Source of the DNA: Calcarisporiella thermophila CBS 279.70
Lineage: Eukaryota; Fungi; Calcarisporiellomycota
Direction of reading: 5' to 3'
Assembly (NCBI RefSeq): GCF_041956535.1
Contig: NW_027192197.1
Location: forward strand, 747,264 to 811,263
Length of the DNA stretch: 64,000 nucleotides
The first letter of the stretch is position 1. The number at the start of each line of letters is the position of its first letter. A model generated the notes under the pieces. The model did no database searches, had not been told where the DNA came from, and worked only from the letters and a program-made list of their open reading frames with translations. Of this stretch, positions 36,528 to 54,032 are shown piece by piece. Position numbers and translations under genes: made by a program.

Positions 36528-38435
36528 CTAGACTCGCTCTAGAGGTGGCACCACCACAACATAAGGCTTGGTCCCTCTCGAGCCAAGCTCACCTTCCCGC
36601 TCCACGCATATTTCGACTCGCACCGCCCGTCCTGCCCCATCCAGCTCGCCCGGCTCAACTATGGAATAGTTGCGACGATTGTACAAATGCGGGGTCTTCC
36701 GAGGAGCTCCGTGGACATCCTCCTGGAACAGACCGAGGGAGACTTCGCTTGTGAATTCATTGAGTCTATATTTTTTGGCCTGCCAGTTGAGGACCCGGAT
36801 CAACAAGGAGGGGGGAGGATTGTTGACGATCGCCGAGGACACGATTTGGTACATGCAGAAGGGGTCCTGCGTTTCCGCCGGGTGGCGGTCAGAGTAGAGC
36901 TTCCCGGCATAGCAGCAGTGCACGTCGCCCGAGAATAGAGTGACTCGAATGCGGCGCGACTCGGCCAACTGCTGCAGACGCTCCAGGAAGTGCTTTCGCC
37001 TACACAAGAGAGGGGGATGATGAGTTCAGCTGGTCCCTCGGCTTTCGCCGATAATGCGCCCCACCACTTACTCTGCGATATGGGTCAATCCGGTCCACTC
37101 ATCCGTCAGGTCGTCGAGCCAGGTTGGATCCTGATTCATGACGTTCATCAGCTTGTCCGACACCAGGCAGGTGAATTTTTTGATGCCCTTGATCCACCGG
37201 AAGAAGTACTCGGCGAACGACAGCCGCGGATAAATGACGGGCACCCCCACGTTGATGAAGAGGTGCCGGACGTGTTTCGGAAGCTCTTGCATCCGAGCGA
37301 AGAGAGCATCGTAGGTTTGCTGCGAGCAGATCATGTCCTGGGTGCGTTCGGAGCGAGCATCAAGGCAGAGCATGGCACTCTCTGCGCCGAACATAGCAAG
37401 AAAGTGTACGCCCTCTCCTACCAATTGGTACCCGTCGCTCGCGGCGCGCTCCGGAGTGGTATGGTGTTGGAAGAGCAAGTAGAAACGCTTTGCGCTGGCG
37501 CCTATCCCTCGGAACACCGGGGAATCCTGGAGACTCGGAGGATAGCTTCCGTAGCCATCGATAATGTCGTGATCTGAGCAAGGAAGGACAAAAAAGGATG
37601 AGTCTCGCTATATTCATTTTCGCCCCTTGCGCAAGGAGATTGAGTCCTCGAATTTACCATCCCACATGTTCACCGAGGGGACGCTGGCCTGTGCTCTTGC
37701 GTACATGCCCGAGGAAAAATGCCGACAGTAGTGGCGAAAGTAGAAGTCGTCCACCACCCCTCGGAACGCGGCCGAGAATTCGGTGCGGAACCGCTTCTTG
37801 CGCGGCCAAGTATTGAGCCAGTCTTGAAGCATCGGCTCCTCCAACAGATAGTCCGAGTAGATCTATATCAAAAAACGACATGAGGCATCCCATTCGAAAT
37901 AAGGCACATGGCCCGGCCCATTTTTTCCTACTTGGTCACCTCCCCCGACCATCACATGGAACTCTTTCTCCGCATGCTTTTTCATAAAGTCCACCCACAG
38001 CTCGTCCTTAGCCTCGTACACGTGCGGGTCGGTAATGTCGGTGGAGAGCCCGTTGCATGAGAAATACATCCACCGGAGCTCTTGTCCCAGGGCGGGCACC
38101 AGAAACTCGTGATTCTCGTTCACATCCTCCACGCTATACATGACACGGATCGGCTGGGATGCGAGAGGGATTCGGAGCGAGAATCGCCAAAAGTTGCTCT
38201 CCCGATAGCGGTGAATTAATTGGGGAAAGAGAGTAGTGCGGTACAATGGAGCCTTGTTGTCAGCTAGGACGGAGGAGTAGAAGATCGAGAGCTTGAGATA
38301 GGGGGAAGACGTGGCATTGGCGGGGGCGGAACGCTCGACCATGAGCAGGGAGCCAAGCCAATGCCCTTCCTTCACATTCTCGAAGCGGAGGAGCGGCCCA
38401 CAAATCCAGCGTGAAAGGGTCGAGCTTGTGTCCAT
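36528..38435 (-). CDS. PhoD-like metallophosphatase domain protein
   Basis: CGPLLRF, FSCNG, HVMVGGGDQ|IY, NMWD|DHDIIDGYGSY, DARSER, LSGDVH-like FSGDVH, QIVSSAIVN. Confidence 0.85.
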
Positions 38436-39078
38436 GGAGGGGGTTTGGGGGGCGCAACCATGCAATGGCAAGACTTGTTGCAAAATTGGGAGGGGAGGGG
38501 AGAAGAGGGGGGGTAAAGAGAGGAAGGGATCTACTATGGGAGAGAGAGGGAAATAAGGTTATTTCTAGAACAGGCTGGAGCTAATGTGTTAGAAACAGCA
38601 ATGTCTTTCTTTTTCGCGTTTGTGGAGCCGAAGTAGCAGTCAGTGTCGCGTTTTCCTATTCAACAGGCCAGTGGAGCTCGGATAGAGCTCAACCCAAGGA
38701 TATGGGAGAGAGGAAATGAAGCTCTTATAGTCTTCAGGCACGGCTCCTTCTTTTCACGTCTGCTCCCACACTCTCAGACCCAAAAAAGAAGTCATCCGGC
38801 TCATGACGAGTCAAATTTGCCCATTTCCACCCCTTCCTCTTCCTCCATAGCCACACTATCACCAGGTAAAGAGCAAAAAGTTTAATTCTAATATAACTAA
38901 GTTTTTGGTACTAAATAAAACTCTCAAACAAACAATCCGATAAAAAGAAAAGCTTATCATATCTACTCATTTTGTAAGATATACCTCACGTTGTAAAATA
39001 GGAAAAGGAAAAGGAAACAATAAAATGGAATGAAACAAGAAAAAGTAGAAAGGAAACACCCTTCCATGCACATGCTCA

Positions 39079-40380
39079 TCAGACTTGCACCAATGCAGTG
39101 CGCAGCAAATCACACCGCCTCTCCAGCATCACCAGGCAGGCCTCCATTTGGGCCCGATCCATGCACGCCAACAGCCGCAAAAAAGACCCGTCTTCTTGGC
39201 TGGCGGTGGTGGGCTGATGGCTATGGCTGAGGGATTCAGGGGGGGAGGCGGGCGAGTTATCCGGCAAGAACCCAGAACAAGAAAGGCTATTCGACAGAGA
39301 CGGCAATTCCGTCTTGACCGAAACGCCTTGCGACGCCTGTTGCAGCTGCTGTTGCAAGAGGTGCAAGAAGGAGAGGGTGGTGTTCATTACGGGTTTCGCC
39401 TCTTGGTTCTCCACGGCGCCCTCGAGGCGGCTTGAAAACTCAGTCCTCATATCAGAGGAGGGAGCAGCTGGCCGCTCTTCTCTCCAACAGTCACGCCTTC
39501 GCTTCTGGATCTTGCTTCGACAGAGGGTGATGGGCCGGTCGCGGTGATGAAGCCGAGCATAGAGCCCACAGGCATTGCAGATCGGCTGGCCTTTGTCATT
39601 CTTACGCCAGAGCGGCGTTTGGGTTTGGGAGCAGTTGACGCATACCAAGGTCTCCGTTTTCTTTTGAGTGGCCGCGACTGGATTCGACTGCGCACCGCCT
39701 CGCGGGTCGGCGCGCTTGTTGCGTGCGGGAATATGGTAAGGCGCGCTCGAAGTCGGAGATACCAAAGTCTTGTTCCGAACGTTTAGGGGGCGGTGCGATC
39801 CATATTGCTTGTAGTAGAGCCCGCAGGCGTTACAGAGGGGATGCTTGCGATCGGGTGTCCGACGCCATAGGGGAGTCTTTGTAACATGGCAGTTGAAGCA
39901 CTCTAGGTCGCGATCCTTCTTGGGCTTCGCGGGGTGCGAAGACTCGCTCGACGGCGGCGAGGGATCCACCGATGGGGAAGTAGCCACGGGCGAGCTAGGT
40001 GGTGAAGCGATGGATGACGGGGAGTCTCCGTTTTGAGGCTGCGAGCTGCTCGCATCCGTATGCATGGAAAATCCGTCGGGAGCGTCTCCCTGCTGCTGCT
40101 GCTGCTGCTCTTCAAGGGTGAAAAATAGCGACAACAGATCCTGGTCGTTGACCATCGAGGGCAGGGTAGGATCGTCGAGAAAATCGCTATGGGGACTGCT
40201 AGATGCGCTGCTTCCGCTGCTCGTGAAGTCAAGTTCCGACATGCTGAGATCCGGGGAACCGAGAGCAGATGCACAGGCGTCAAATAGAGCAGCGTTGTCT
40301 GCAGAAGAAAGCTCTGGGAGAGCGGAGGCCAAACTGGCGGCGATGGAAGCGAATTCCTTGGCTGGATTGGAGAGAGGCAT
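39079..40380 (-). CDS. GATA transcription factor with two C-X2-C-X17/18-C-X2-C zinc fingers
   Basis: CFNCHVTKTPLWRR...LCNACGLY and CVNCSQTQTPLWRK...ICNACGLY. Confidence 0.92.
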   Translation of the reverse strand: MPLSNPAKEFASIAASLASALPELSSADNAALFDACASALGSPDLSMSELDFTSSGSSASSSPHSDFLDDPTLPSMVNDQDLLSLFFTLEEQQQQQQGDAPDGFSMHTDASSSQPQNGDSPSSIASPPSSPVATSPSVDPSPPSSESSHPAKPKKDRDLECFNCHVTKTPLWRRTPDRKHPLCNACGLYYKQYGSHRPLNVRNKTLVSPTSSAPYHIPARNKRADPRGGAQSNPVAATQKKTETLVCVNCSQTQTPLWRKNDKGQPICNACGLYARLHHRDRPITLCRSKIQKRRRDCWREERPAAPSSDMRTEFSSRLEGAVENQEAKPVMNTTLSFLHLLQQQLQQASQGVSVKTELPSLSNSLSCSGFLPDNSPASPPESLSHSHQPTTASQEDGSFLRLLACMDRAQMEACLVMLERRCDLLRTALVQV

Positions 40381-41808
40381 AGTGGGTGTACGTACGTCCG
40401 AAGATAAGTCAAAAGAGCCGAAGTGGTTTCGTCTTTAAGGCGGGGGTAGCGGATAGTAGTTAAGAGCTCGGTGAGGTAAGATGGGTTGTTATCAGAATGG
40501 GATGAATAGAAAATCAAGCGTTTAGTCTCAAGAGGGAAATTTGAGCAGAAACTGGGATGCGCGATGGGGGGTTAAGTTTCAATCGACGTCGTTACCAACG
40601 TGTCCTCCGTCAAGTAAGTAGAAATAGGCCATAATGAATAGATGAAATTAATTAATAATTAATAAAGTCTTTCGTTTCTTGCGAATAGTTAACGAAAGCA
40701 GGTGGGAATTTTTTTATATATAAAAAAAGGAGAAAAGTTAAAAGGCGGCCATGGTTGTCCGCACTTAATATCTTCGACAATAGAGAGCACAAGCTGATTT
40801 AAATGAAATAGAAAGAGATGAAATGAGAATGCGCAATGGGCAAGTTAATTAAGAGCGGATTGCGGTTTCCAAGAAAATGAAGGACCCCCAGCGAGAAAAA
40901 GATAGCGAACCAAGCGGTGAGAACAAACGCAAAAAAAAAGTTATTTATTTACGAATCAGTCAACCCTATCTCTCCAAGCCGCGCAATCCCGTGAACTGTA
41001 CAACGCCAATGGTAGTGTAATAATCACTCATCAATATGAGCAGGCGGGTTGCACCTAGTCAACGGAGGTTCCTGTGGATGAGCCATGATGAAGTCTCCTC
41101 GGCCCCGGCCAATTAGGATGCGATCTGGCTTGTCCAGGATGTTATCCGCCTTGGAAGGCCCCCGGTTGGGAAATTGGCCATTCCAGGCCAGCCTCCGCCC
41201 GCACTTGCCACAGCCGAGGCTTGCCTTCGTCAAATCATTCCTCCTGCTGCGGATCCTCCTGAGTCGACCAAGACTTGCTTCCCTGGGATGGGTGTTTTGA
41301 ACGCCCCCCCACCTCCCTGGCTCAGTTCCTCCTCATATCCCGGCTGTTCTATTTGCCCTCCATTCTTGCTATACTCATCTCTCCTTGATCGGGAGGGAAG
41401 CCTGGCCAGGTTTCCATGATGACAATTCTGTATGTATATGGTCTCAAAATTAGGCCAGTTATGGCGAAGAGGAAAATAAAACGATGCGTGCATCTCCTTC
41501 GAGATGCATTACTTGGTCCCAAATTGAAAAACGGCCTCCATCGAGAAAGGTTTCCAAAGCTTTAGGTCAGGATGGTTACATTTCAGAGTGCTTGCATCGT
41601 GGATCAAACTTGCCAACATTCTTAACATCAAAAACGCCCTATCGGGGTAAATATTTATATCATCGACAACTTTATTGCGGGGGGGGGGGGGAATGATAAC
41701 CAGCCTCCATCGAGGAGACATTCAACATGGTGCACAATAAAACAATAAAATGCAAAACATAATAGACATTTCGAGATATAAGAGAGAATATCAACTTAGG
41801 ACGGTATA

Positions 41809-43708
41809 TTAGTTTTGCTTGGGGTAGAGGTCAAAACGCGTGCAGCACTTTTTGTAGGTGGGGGCCACGCGCGCCTTGGTGGCCTGTTCAAAGGCATAGG
41901 CAACCCGGAACAGGACATCCTCGCGCAGCGATCCGCTAATGAAGACCAGACCGTAGGGGAGCCCGTCTTTATCGAGAGCAATCGGCACGCTAATGATGGG
42001 ATACCCGGCCACTGCGGAAGGGGTCGAGAAGGGCACGTTCCCATAGGCCGGGAGGACCAGGGCGTCGACGCCATGCTTGGTCATCAGGGTGTCGATACCC
42101 GTCTCTCCATCCCGGAACTTCTTGTGGCCGCTAGCAAGCGCAGCTCGGTACGCCGGGTCCTCGAGCCCTGTCGTGTTTTGCGAAGCGAGGAAGAGCTCCT
42201 GACCGAAGAGCGGCATCTCCTCGGCCTTGTGCGCCTCGTTAAAGGCGATTGCGTCAGCAAGGGTGCGGATGGGGGTCTGCTCCAGCTCCGAGAGGTACTT
42301 GTTGAGGTCGTGCTTGAACTCGGTGGTCAGCACGATCGACTCCGAGTTGTTGGGATCGGTCCAGAAGGTGGGCTTGTTGGCGGCGAGATCGGCCATTTCC
42401 GCGTCGGAAACGAGGTTGACGGGGTCCAGCACCGTGCCGCCCAGCTCCTTCAGCTTGGCGAGCGCCTGCTCAAACGTGGCCAGGTCGTCCCCCAGGGCCC
42501 CCTTGTCCCAGAAGAGATTGCGGGGCACTCCCAGCTTGATGCCTTGCAGATCCTTCTTCAAGAACTCGGTGTAGTTCAGCGGCGGTTTCCCCTTGGCCAC
42601 CTCCGTGGCTGCATCGCGCGCATCGTACCCGGAGATCACGCTCAGGATCAGGGCCGCATCCTCCACGGTGCGGGTCATGGGGCCGATGGAGTCCTGGGAG
42701 TGGGAGATGGGGATGACCCCGTCACGGGAGGTCAGGCCGACGGTTGGCTTGATTCCCACGATGAATCCTCTTGAGGCGGGGGCCGTGATCGAGCCATCGG
42801 TCTCCGTGCCAATGGACGCGACGGCAAGGTTGGCCGCGACGGATGTGCCGGAGCCAGAGCTAGAGGCAGACGGCGATGCGCTCAGGACGTAGGGGCTCAC
42901 GCATTGGCCTCCGCGGGCACTCCAGCCTTCTTTAGAGTTCGTGGAACGGAAGCTAGAGGGGATCAAGAAGTTAGTTTATGCAACCCAATCTTGTAGCACC
43001 CTCCGCGGGGAGATGCAGGAAGAAGCTTAAGTACTTGGCCCATTCGGCGAGGTTGGCCTTGCCAAGGATGACGGCCCCGGCTTCGCGCAGCTTCTTGATG
43101 ATGAAAGCGTCCCGGGGAACCTTGGAGCCTTGCAGGGCCAGCGAGCCGGCAGCTAAGTGCAACAGGGGAGGGGGGGATCAGGTTAAGTGCCACAAACACA
43201 GAGCGGTGCATCGAAATAAGACAAGACGCTTACTGGTGTTCATAGAGTCTTTGGTGGCGATATTGTCCTTCACCAAGACTATTCAAAAGCGGCGATGGGC
43301 CATGCATCCAGTTAATAAAGCACAACCAATGTAAACAGAAGAGGCATTCCTCTTACTCGGAATTCCATGGAGAGGACCCCGCGGGCCCTTCTGCCCTCGC
43401 TCGGTATCCAGCTGCTCGGCGATCGCCATCGCATCGGGATTGACCTCGATGACCGAATGTAAATAGGGGTCAATGGCTCGAATGCGTTTAATGTAGCACT
43501 CCGTCAGCTGTTTTGCGGTGAGCTTCTTATTGTTGAAAGCGTCCTGGAGCGCGAGGATATTCGTCTCGACAATGGTGACGCCGTTGCAGGAGCTAAGGTC
43601 CCGGTCAAGCTCGAGGATGTCAGTGTCATTGGCGGGCTGTAGAGGCGCCGCGGCGGAAAGGGCGAAGAAGCCGAGGGCAAGGACGACGAGGTAGACCTTG
43701 TTTACCAT
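41809..43708 (-). CDS. Secreted amidase-signature family enzyme
   Basis: Signal peptide, GPLHGIP|VKDNI, LGKANLAEWA, SASSSGS, GTETDGSI, GIKPTVGL. Confidence 0.92.
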
Positions 43709-44874
43709 TGGAATGCGGATGGGGAAGAGGATGGGGAGCGACAAGGAATAAACGAAGGTATGCGAGGGGGAGGGGGGAGGAAGAGGGCAAGGGCAGGGAG
43801 GAGGGGGCAGCCTTTATGGCCAGGAAAACAGCGGGTGAGCTAGATAAAGAGGGGGGAACGGTCTGGTTCCAAGCTGAGGACCGGAATCGTGGTCAAATCC
43901 TGGTGAAACGGAGCCAGAAGCTTTGTGTGTAGCTCAGCAACCGTACGAGGGGGATCGTAGGGCACGCTTTGGCGAAAGGGGAAAGGGCCCTCGCGGGAGC
44001 AGGCATGCGTGTGGTCACTTGCCCGCCCGATTTTCCATGCTCGCTTGCATGGAAAAGTGCTGGGTTGCAGGCCGCCGGCCTCGAATCCTCCCCGCCCGTG
44101 GCATCTGACCTCTCTGCCAGTTGCAACCTCCCGGTCCGTAGCACAATCTAATCACAAAGAAAGCAGATTTCAGCCTAGAGGCCGGGGATTTCAGACACCT
44201 CTCGGGTTTCCCGCTGCGTCCCGCTCCACTGGTGTTTGTTTGAGTTGGAGCCCGTCGACCTAGACCTTCACACGGCCGAAACCCGCGCAGTGGTTAGCAG
44301 GCCAACTCGCGGCATGGCCAGCTCCAAGCCGCGCGCAGGGGAGCTGCGCAGGGCGCGGCCAGTGCCTGCACCGCAGCAGCTCTTCCAAGGGGCGAGGGCG
44401 GGATGGGGCGGGGAAGGCGAGGCCGGCAACGCCACCCCTCTTGGCAGTGTAAAACCTCGGTGTCTGGGATTGTCTCCACAAGCCTCAGAGGAGACGGCCT
44501 CTGAAACTCGGGCCGGATGCTCTGGTCGCAAGGTCTTAGTTCGTCGCCCTTTTAGTGGCCGCTTTTGGAAGATTATTGCGCAACCGCCATGTTCTTTTGA
44601 TGCGCTTTTATGACAATGTGTCTTGCTATATATTTCTTTTCGCTGTTTTCGAACCCTCCTCGCTTAATTTTTATTTTTTCGATCATCCCATATTCCCGCT
44701 CAGCGGCGTCCGCTAAGTTCATCCCCGCCTATTGCTGCAAACATACGACTCGATCATACCGCGTGTGACTGCTGGTAAATTGCTTCCTAAAAATTGGCCC
44801 ACTTCTTTTGCGCTGTGCAAAAGCTAGCGACCGACACTCACTGAAATGTCCTATCCAGCATCCTTTTCTGCACA

Positions 44875-45929
44875 GATATTCTCGCTTTCGTGGGCGTGTA
44901 GCTCGTGGACAAAAGGTCTGTGGGGCTCTTGCCTCTGTGCCCTCCGCCTCCCTCTCTGAAATCACAAGGGAGAAGCTAATCTATGTTCCCCCATTCACAG
45001 CCACCCTCCTTATTCACAACCAGCTTGTCTTCTTCAGGCGAGAGCTGTTTAGTGAGGAAGAGAAGCGCTTGGTCGCATTCTATCATCTGATTATTGCTTA
45101 TAGCGCCCTCCGTTGGTCCCGGTGGAAAGTGAGAATTGAACATCCTACAGTGGTTTTATACCTTTTCGCATTAACCCCTCCCCTCCCCTCCTCCTCCTCC
45201 TCCTCCTCCTCCTCCTCCAACCCAAACCAATCCCATACTTAGCGGCCGGAATTAGCCTCGACTAATATCCAAGTGATTCTTCCTTTCCTCATGATGTTTA
45301 CCCTTCTTGGCACCCTCGTGGATGAGGCGGTGCATTTTTTCCTCATCCGCCACTTTGCTCATCTCCGCTTAGGAATCGTGCTGACGGGCAAGCCTGCCCC
45401 TGACGGAATGACGGATGCCGACTGCGCAATATGCTACGGAACAAGGATGATATCGAAGAGCGCCGACGACGATCCCCTGGAAAGCTACTGCGCCGTGCCG
45501 CACCACGTGTTCCACCGGCAATGCCTTAAGGCTTGGTGGCTGGCGGGGTATTTCAGTCGCTACCGCGTCACCGTCGCGGACCACACCTTGACGCTGGGGA
45601 ACGAGTGGATTGGCGACGAGTTGCTGGGGGGCTCCTCCGTCAACGGGAGCCGGTGCTCGTGCCCCACTTGTCGGCAGCCGCTTGTCTACCGAGTGGTCAA
45701 CACGTGGGAGGAGGCGACCCGAGATAAGGCGCAGGGCCAAGCATGGCATGTCGTCGCGCGGAGACGGGCATCCCATTTGCTGAGGGAGGCCCAGAAGCTA
45801 GTGAAGTGGCAGAACGTGCTGCTGCGAGGCTCCTTGACCGTGGGCTACGGAATGCTGATCTATGGGGCCATCTTGGCTAGAATCTATCTGCTGAGGCGGC
45901 AAATCTGGAGGCGAAGTGTCAAGGCATAG
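44875..45929 (+). CDS. Membrane-associated RING-finger protein (5' exons uncertain)
   Basis: CAICY...C..PHHVFHRQCL..W...CPTCR flanked by hydrophobic helices; upstream GT-AG exons. Confidence 0.6.
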
Positions 45930-46228
45930 CGCCGGGCTATGGCTATTGTACGTCTATGTATGTGTACAGGAGAAAATATCCACCGCTTTGAATGTAAATA
46001 TATGTTGTTTTGTATGTGATCCCGCACGAAAAGAGACGGCCGCAACATGCGCCGTGGCCAAGTGGAAAATTCCTTGAGACGGCGAGTGGGATAAGCCCTA
46101 AAAATTTCCACCGCCCTTCCAACATGATATGATGGCGCAGTGCTCCCGCTTCGCGCGGCTTTCGCTTATTTGTACAATGTCAAAAATAGGATCCTTGGAA
46201 GCATTTTAAGGAACCATTCCGAGACATC

Positions 46229-48242
46229 ATGCTCAAAGCTCGTGCAATCTACGACTGTACGGCCGATGAGGAAGGCGAACTGTCATTTCGCGAAGGGGCC
46301 ATACTTGTAGATGGTAATATTTTGCCGCATGCGCTGCGGAGACGCGTTGAATGAATAGGATTGTATTTAACATTCCGCCCGATTCTGCTTGCATTTTGGC
46401 CATGTAGTAAGGGAGTCGGAGGAGGAAGGCTGGTATGAGGGCAGGCTAAAAGGCACCAACACGCGCGGCCTATTTCCATACAACTACGTTGAGATTTTCA
46501 CAGACGACGAGGGCGTGGAAGGCGAAAAGGTAACGCTTTCGATCCCTTGGAATTTTTTTCCCCATTTCCATCCTCACCCTTCCCCTTGTTCGCCATCGGT
46601 AGCCGCCATCCACTAGCGATTTCACCCAGCTGGCGCAACCTGTTGCAACCGCTGCCTTTTCTCAGCCTAAGAGCTGGATCACTTTTAATGCCGAGCAACC
46701 CGCTCCCATCCCCGCCTCCGCCCCCTCTTTCTCCCCCTCCTCCCAAAATCCTTCCACTTCCGATACCGCGCAATTCCCAGAATGGGCGAAGCCAGTCAGC
46801 AAAATAAACTCCAATCTTCTTGCCACTTTTGGTGGCTCACAGCCATCGCAGCAAGCGTCGCAAACGCCATTGGGAAAGCCGGCTCTGAAGCCGAAGCCGG
46901 CGACAAAATCAAAGCCATTCGTTGGGGTGGAGGAGAGAGAAAAGGGGGAGGCGGAGCCCCCGCGTGAGGCAGTATCGGTCAGGGAATTGAAGAAAAATCT
47001 GGAGAACGTGAGCCTAGGAGGGATTGCTGCGGCGAAGCCTAGCTCAGGAGCAGGAATGGCAGGGGCGGGGGGTGCTCTTCGCTCGAGTGTCGGCTCCCAT
47101 CTCCTTGCTGGGGCATTACAGTCGGCCGAGAAGACGGTGGGCGGAGACGAGAGGAAGCAGGCGGCCGGGGGGGTAGAGACCGAGCCTAGCAAGCCGCTTT
47201 CCATCCGCGAGCGTCAGGCTCTGTTTGAAAACCTTAAACAGGGCTCTCCTGCGGGGCGTTCGACCTCCATGGTCAGCTTGCCCCTTGGCGGGAAACCGCC
47301 CGTCGCGGCTAAACCAGTGCTTGCACGGACCTTCACGGGCCCCAGGACTGCGTCCCCGGAGCCCCTTCAACCCCGAACCATCACCTCAGCCCCGCCAGCG
47401 CTGCCGAAAAAGCCGGCCGCCATGGCCGCGAGAACAGAAAGTGCCCCTCCCCCTATGCCACCGCGCCCAAATTCCGCCTCCATCCATAAAGTAACTCATG
47501 CCCTTCGCCTCTCTTTGTTCGAATGGCTTATTAACTCTCTGCCCCACTCTAGCTGGACAGTTCTTCTCAAGCGAGTCCAGCCACCAATTTTGCTCCGCCG
47601 CTCCCCTCACGACCCCGCCCCCCTCGTCTCCGCAATTCGTCGTCAGACCCTGACAAAGCAAAGGAGGAGCCGGCTAAACCTCCCGCCCCTGAGGGGAAGG
47701 CGCCTCCAAATCTGCCGCCTCGCCGCGCATCGAGCAACGTGAAGAGCACGAGCTTGAGCGCGGGCGAGAGCACCCCTAAAGTTACCGGTGGGTATTCAGC
47801 AGGGGTGCGGGAGATCCCTCCTCCTCCGGGAAAGACCCCCCCTAGACCCTCTCGCAAGAACCCGTTCCTCGTGGAGAATGGAGACGGGATTCCTGCCGAT
47901 GCACGTAGACGCTACGAGGCTCTGTTTGATGAGACGGCGGCTGGCGCCGAGTACATGGAGGGCACCCAGGTGCGCCAGATCTTCATGCGAAGCAAGTTGG
48001 ATAAGAAAACACTGGCGAAGATATGGTAAGCTGACTCTCCCTTCTCCGTTTCGGGGCATGATCCCCCTCTCCCATGGAATGGGGCTGCTGACCGCCCGGA
48101 CCTCCTTCGTAGGGATCTGGCCGACTACGACGAAGATGGGCGCCTCTCGCGCCACGAATTTTGCGTGGGGATGCACCTCATCGATGAGCGGCTGCGCAAC
48201 CATCCCTTACCGGACGAGCTTCCCGAGAGTTTACGGCCCTGA
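46229..48242 (+). CDS. SH3 - proline-rich - EH domain endocytic adaptor
   Basis: ARAIYDCTADEEGELSF..GWY..GLFPYNYV (SH3), PxxP stretches, NPF, and an EH domain (YEALF..SKLDKKTLAKIW|DLADYDEDGRLSRHEF). Confidence 0.88.
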
Positions 48243-48603
48243 GTTTGCTCCTTTTCTTCCTCTATTCTACAATAAATCTTAATGCTGGCGAGGCTGGGCA
48301 TCGTTGAAATGGCGGGTTGCCCCCCAGGATACCTTTTTGCTTTGTTTTGGTCTTGTGCGTTCTTTTCTTTCCATTCTTCGGCAAGGTTGGAGTGATTTTC
48401 GGGAAGGGCTTTGGTTGGGAGGAGCCAGCTCACGAATCAAAGCCTCTCAAAAAAGTACAAAAATACTTGAAAAATGCAGGCGACACATTTGCTTCATTAT
48501 TTTAGTTGGTTTAGTAATAGCCCGCTGCCCACTCCATAGGAACGCATTCTTCCCCGATCCCATCAGCCTAGTTTTCAGAGATTCCTTGGAATCGGATAAA
48601 GGA

Positions 48604-49964
48604 ATGACAAAGAAGGAGGAGAAAGACTCGTCCAAGAGCCGGAAGCCAGCCAGTAAGTGATCGCCATCCTTATCCATGGCATCGCTAGCCTCCCCGATGG
48701 GACGCTGACAAACCTGATCCTTTCAAACATTAGATACTGCATTCAAGCAGCAGCGGCTAAAGGCATGGCAGCCCATCCTCACCCCCAAAACCATGCTTCC
48801 GGCCCTCTTCGCCATCGGCCTCATTTTCGCCCCATTGGGCGGCCTCTTATTATACGCGAGCAATCGGGTGACCGAGCTTGAGATTGATTACACAAACTGC
48901 AACAAAGCTGGTCCAAACTTCACCCCCATCCCCCCAGGATCACATTCCTTTAATCTCTCGCCCAATGACACTAGCCTGCAGCCATCCTATAAATTTCGGA
49001 CGGAGACATCTTTCCTGGTGGGTAGGAACCCAAACAACCGGACGGTGGGTCGGTGCACTCTGCGCTTCACCCTTCCAGAGACGCTTCGCGCCCCAGTGTT
49101 TGTGTACTACCGGCTGACCAATTTTTATCAGAATCATCGGCGCTACGTTAAGAGCCTTGACGTCAATCAGCTCAAGGGCGAAAGTGTCCCAGCCGCATCT
49201 CTGCAGTCGGGAAACTGCTGGCCGCTCGCCACCTCTTCCGACGGCCTGCCCATCTACCCCTGCGGCATGATTGCCAATTCACTCTTTAACGACACGATTG
49301 GAAATTTCACCCTTGTGTCCCAGTCGCCAAATCGCACCTACGTGTTCTCCCCCAAAGGCATCGCATGGCCATCAGACGCAAGCAAGTTTGGAAAGACCCA
49401 ATATTCCCCGGCCCAGTGCAGGCCTCCCCCGAATTGGGCCCCAAGGTATCCGGATGGAAAATACACCAACGAGTACCCACCCCCCAACATCAATGAGGAC
49501 GAGCACTTTCAAGTGTGGATGCGAACCGCTGCGCTCCCGAACTTTAGAAAGCTCTATGGGCGAAACGATGGGGAGAGCATGTCCGCAGGAACGTACGAGG
49601 TCGAGATTGATATGAGTATGTATACACTGTTCTACGCAAACTCCGTCCAGGTGCTGTGATGTACTAATGCGTGGCTTTCAACGACATAGATTTCGACATG
49701 AGCTCCTATGGCGGCTCCAAAGCGATCATCCTCTCCACCATCACCTTCCTAGGGGGCCGCAACCCCTACCTTGGCATCGCATACATGGTGGTGGGGGCGC
49801 TATGTGTTTTAATTGCTCTGATATTCACCGTGTGGCATTGCGTGCGACCTCGCAAACTCGGCGACCCGAGCTATCTCTCTTGGAACAATCCCGCAAAGGC
49901 AGCTGCCATGAGCAACGCTCACAGGCGGGGGTGGGGCCTATTCCGGCGGAAAAAACAGGGTTAA
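48604..49964 (+). CDS. CDC50: CDC50/LEM3 family P4-ATPase flippase beta subunit
   Basis: SRKPA|NTAFKQQRLKAWQPILTP, YYRLTNFYQNHRRYVKS, YPCGMIANSLFND, VWMRTAALP, GGRNPYLGIAY, PRKLGD. Confidence 0.95.
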
Positions 49965-50344
49965 ACTCGAAATAGATTCGACGGTGACCCTAATGTGAAT
50001 ATAATGTTGTTTTTCTTTATATTTAATTTATTCTTTATTTTTTATTTCCTTCGCCTTCTTTCTTGCCCTCCCTCTTCTCTTTCTTCTTCTTCTTCTTCAT
50101 CTAATTCATCCGACAGCTATTCCTTAATATTTCTATGGAGTTATCCCTACCTTTTTGTAGCAGCCTCCCTGACCTCCCCCCCCCCCCTTTTTTTTTCCCT
50201 TCTTTCGTCTCTATATTTATAATTTATGACTTTACAATATCAATCGTCTCCGTTAGTTTCTTTTGTATGATACTGATACGCTTTGCTTTTTCTTCATATA
50301 ATAAAAAAAAGGTATATTCAAAATGTACAGGAATTCTATTCAGC

Positions 50345-54032
<3,688 letters not shown>

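Noticed and set aside
41815-42774. Long antisense ORFs opposite the amidase (and opposite the kexins, permease and golgin)
   Set aside because: Shadow ORFs caused by GC3-rich codon usage or coiled-coil codon bias.
44230-44620. Structured ncRNA or ORF in the GC-rich amidase/RING intergenic region
   Set aside because: Only short complementary patches expected from high GC; probably a divergent promoter.
45188-45218. (TCC)n microsatellite as a poly-Ser coding tract
   Set aside because: It appears to lie within an intron of the RING gene; ordinary simple repeat.
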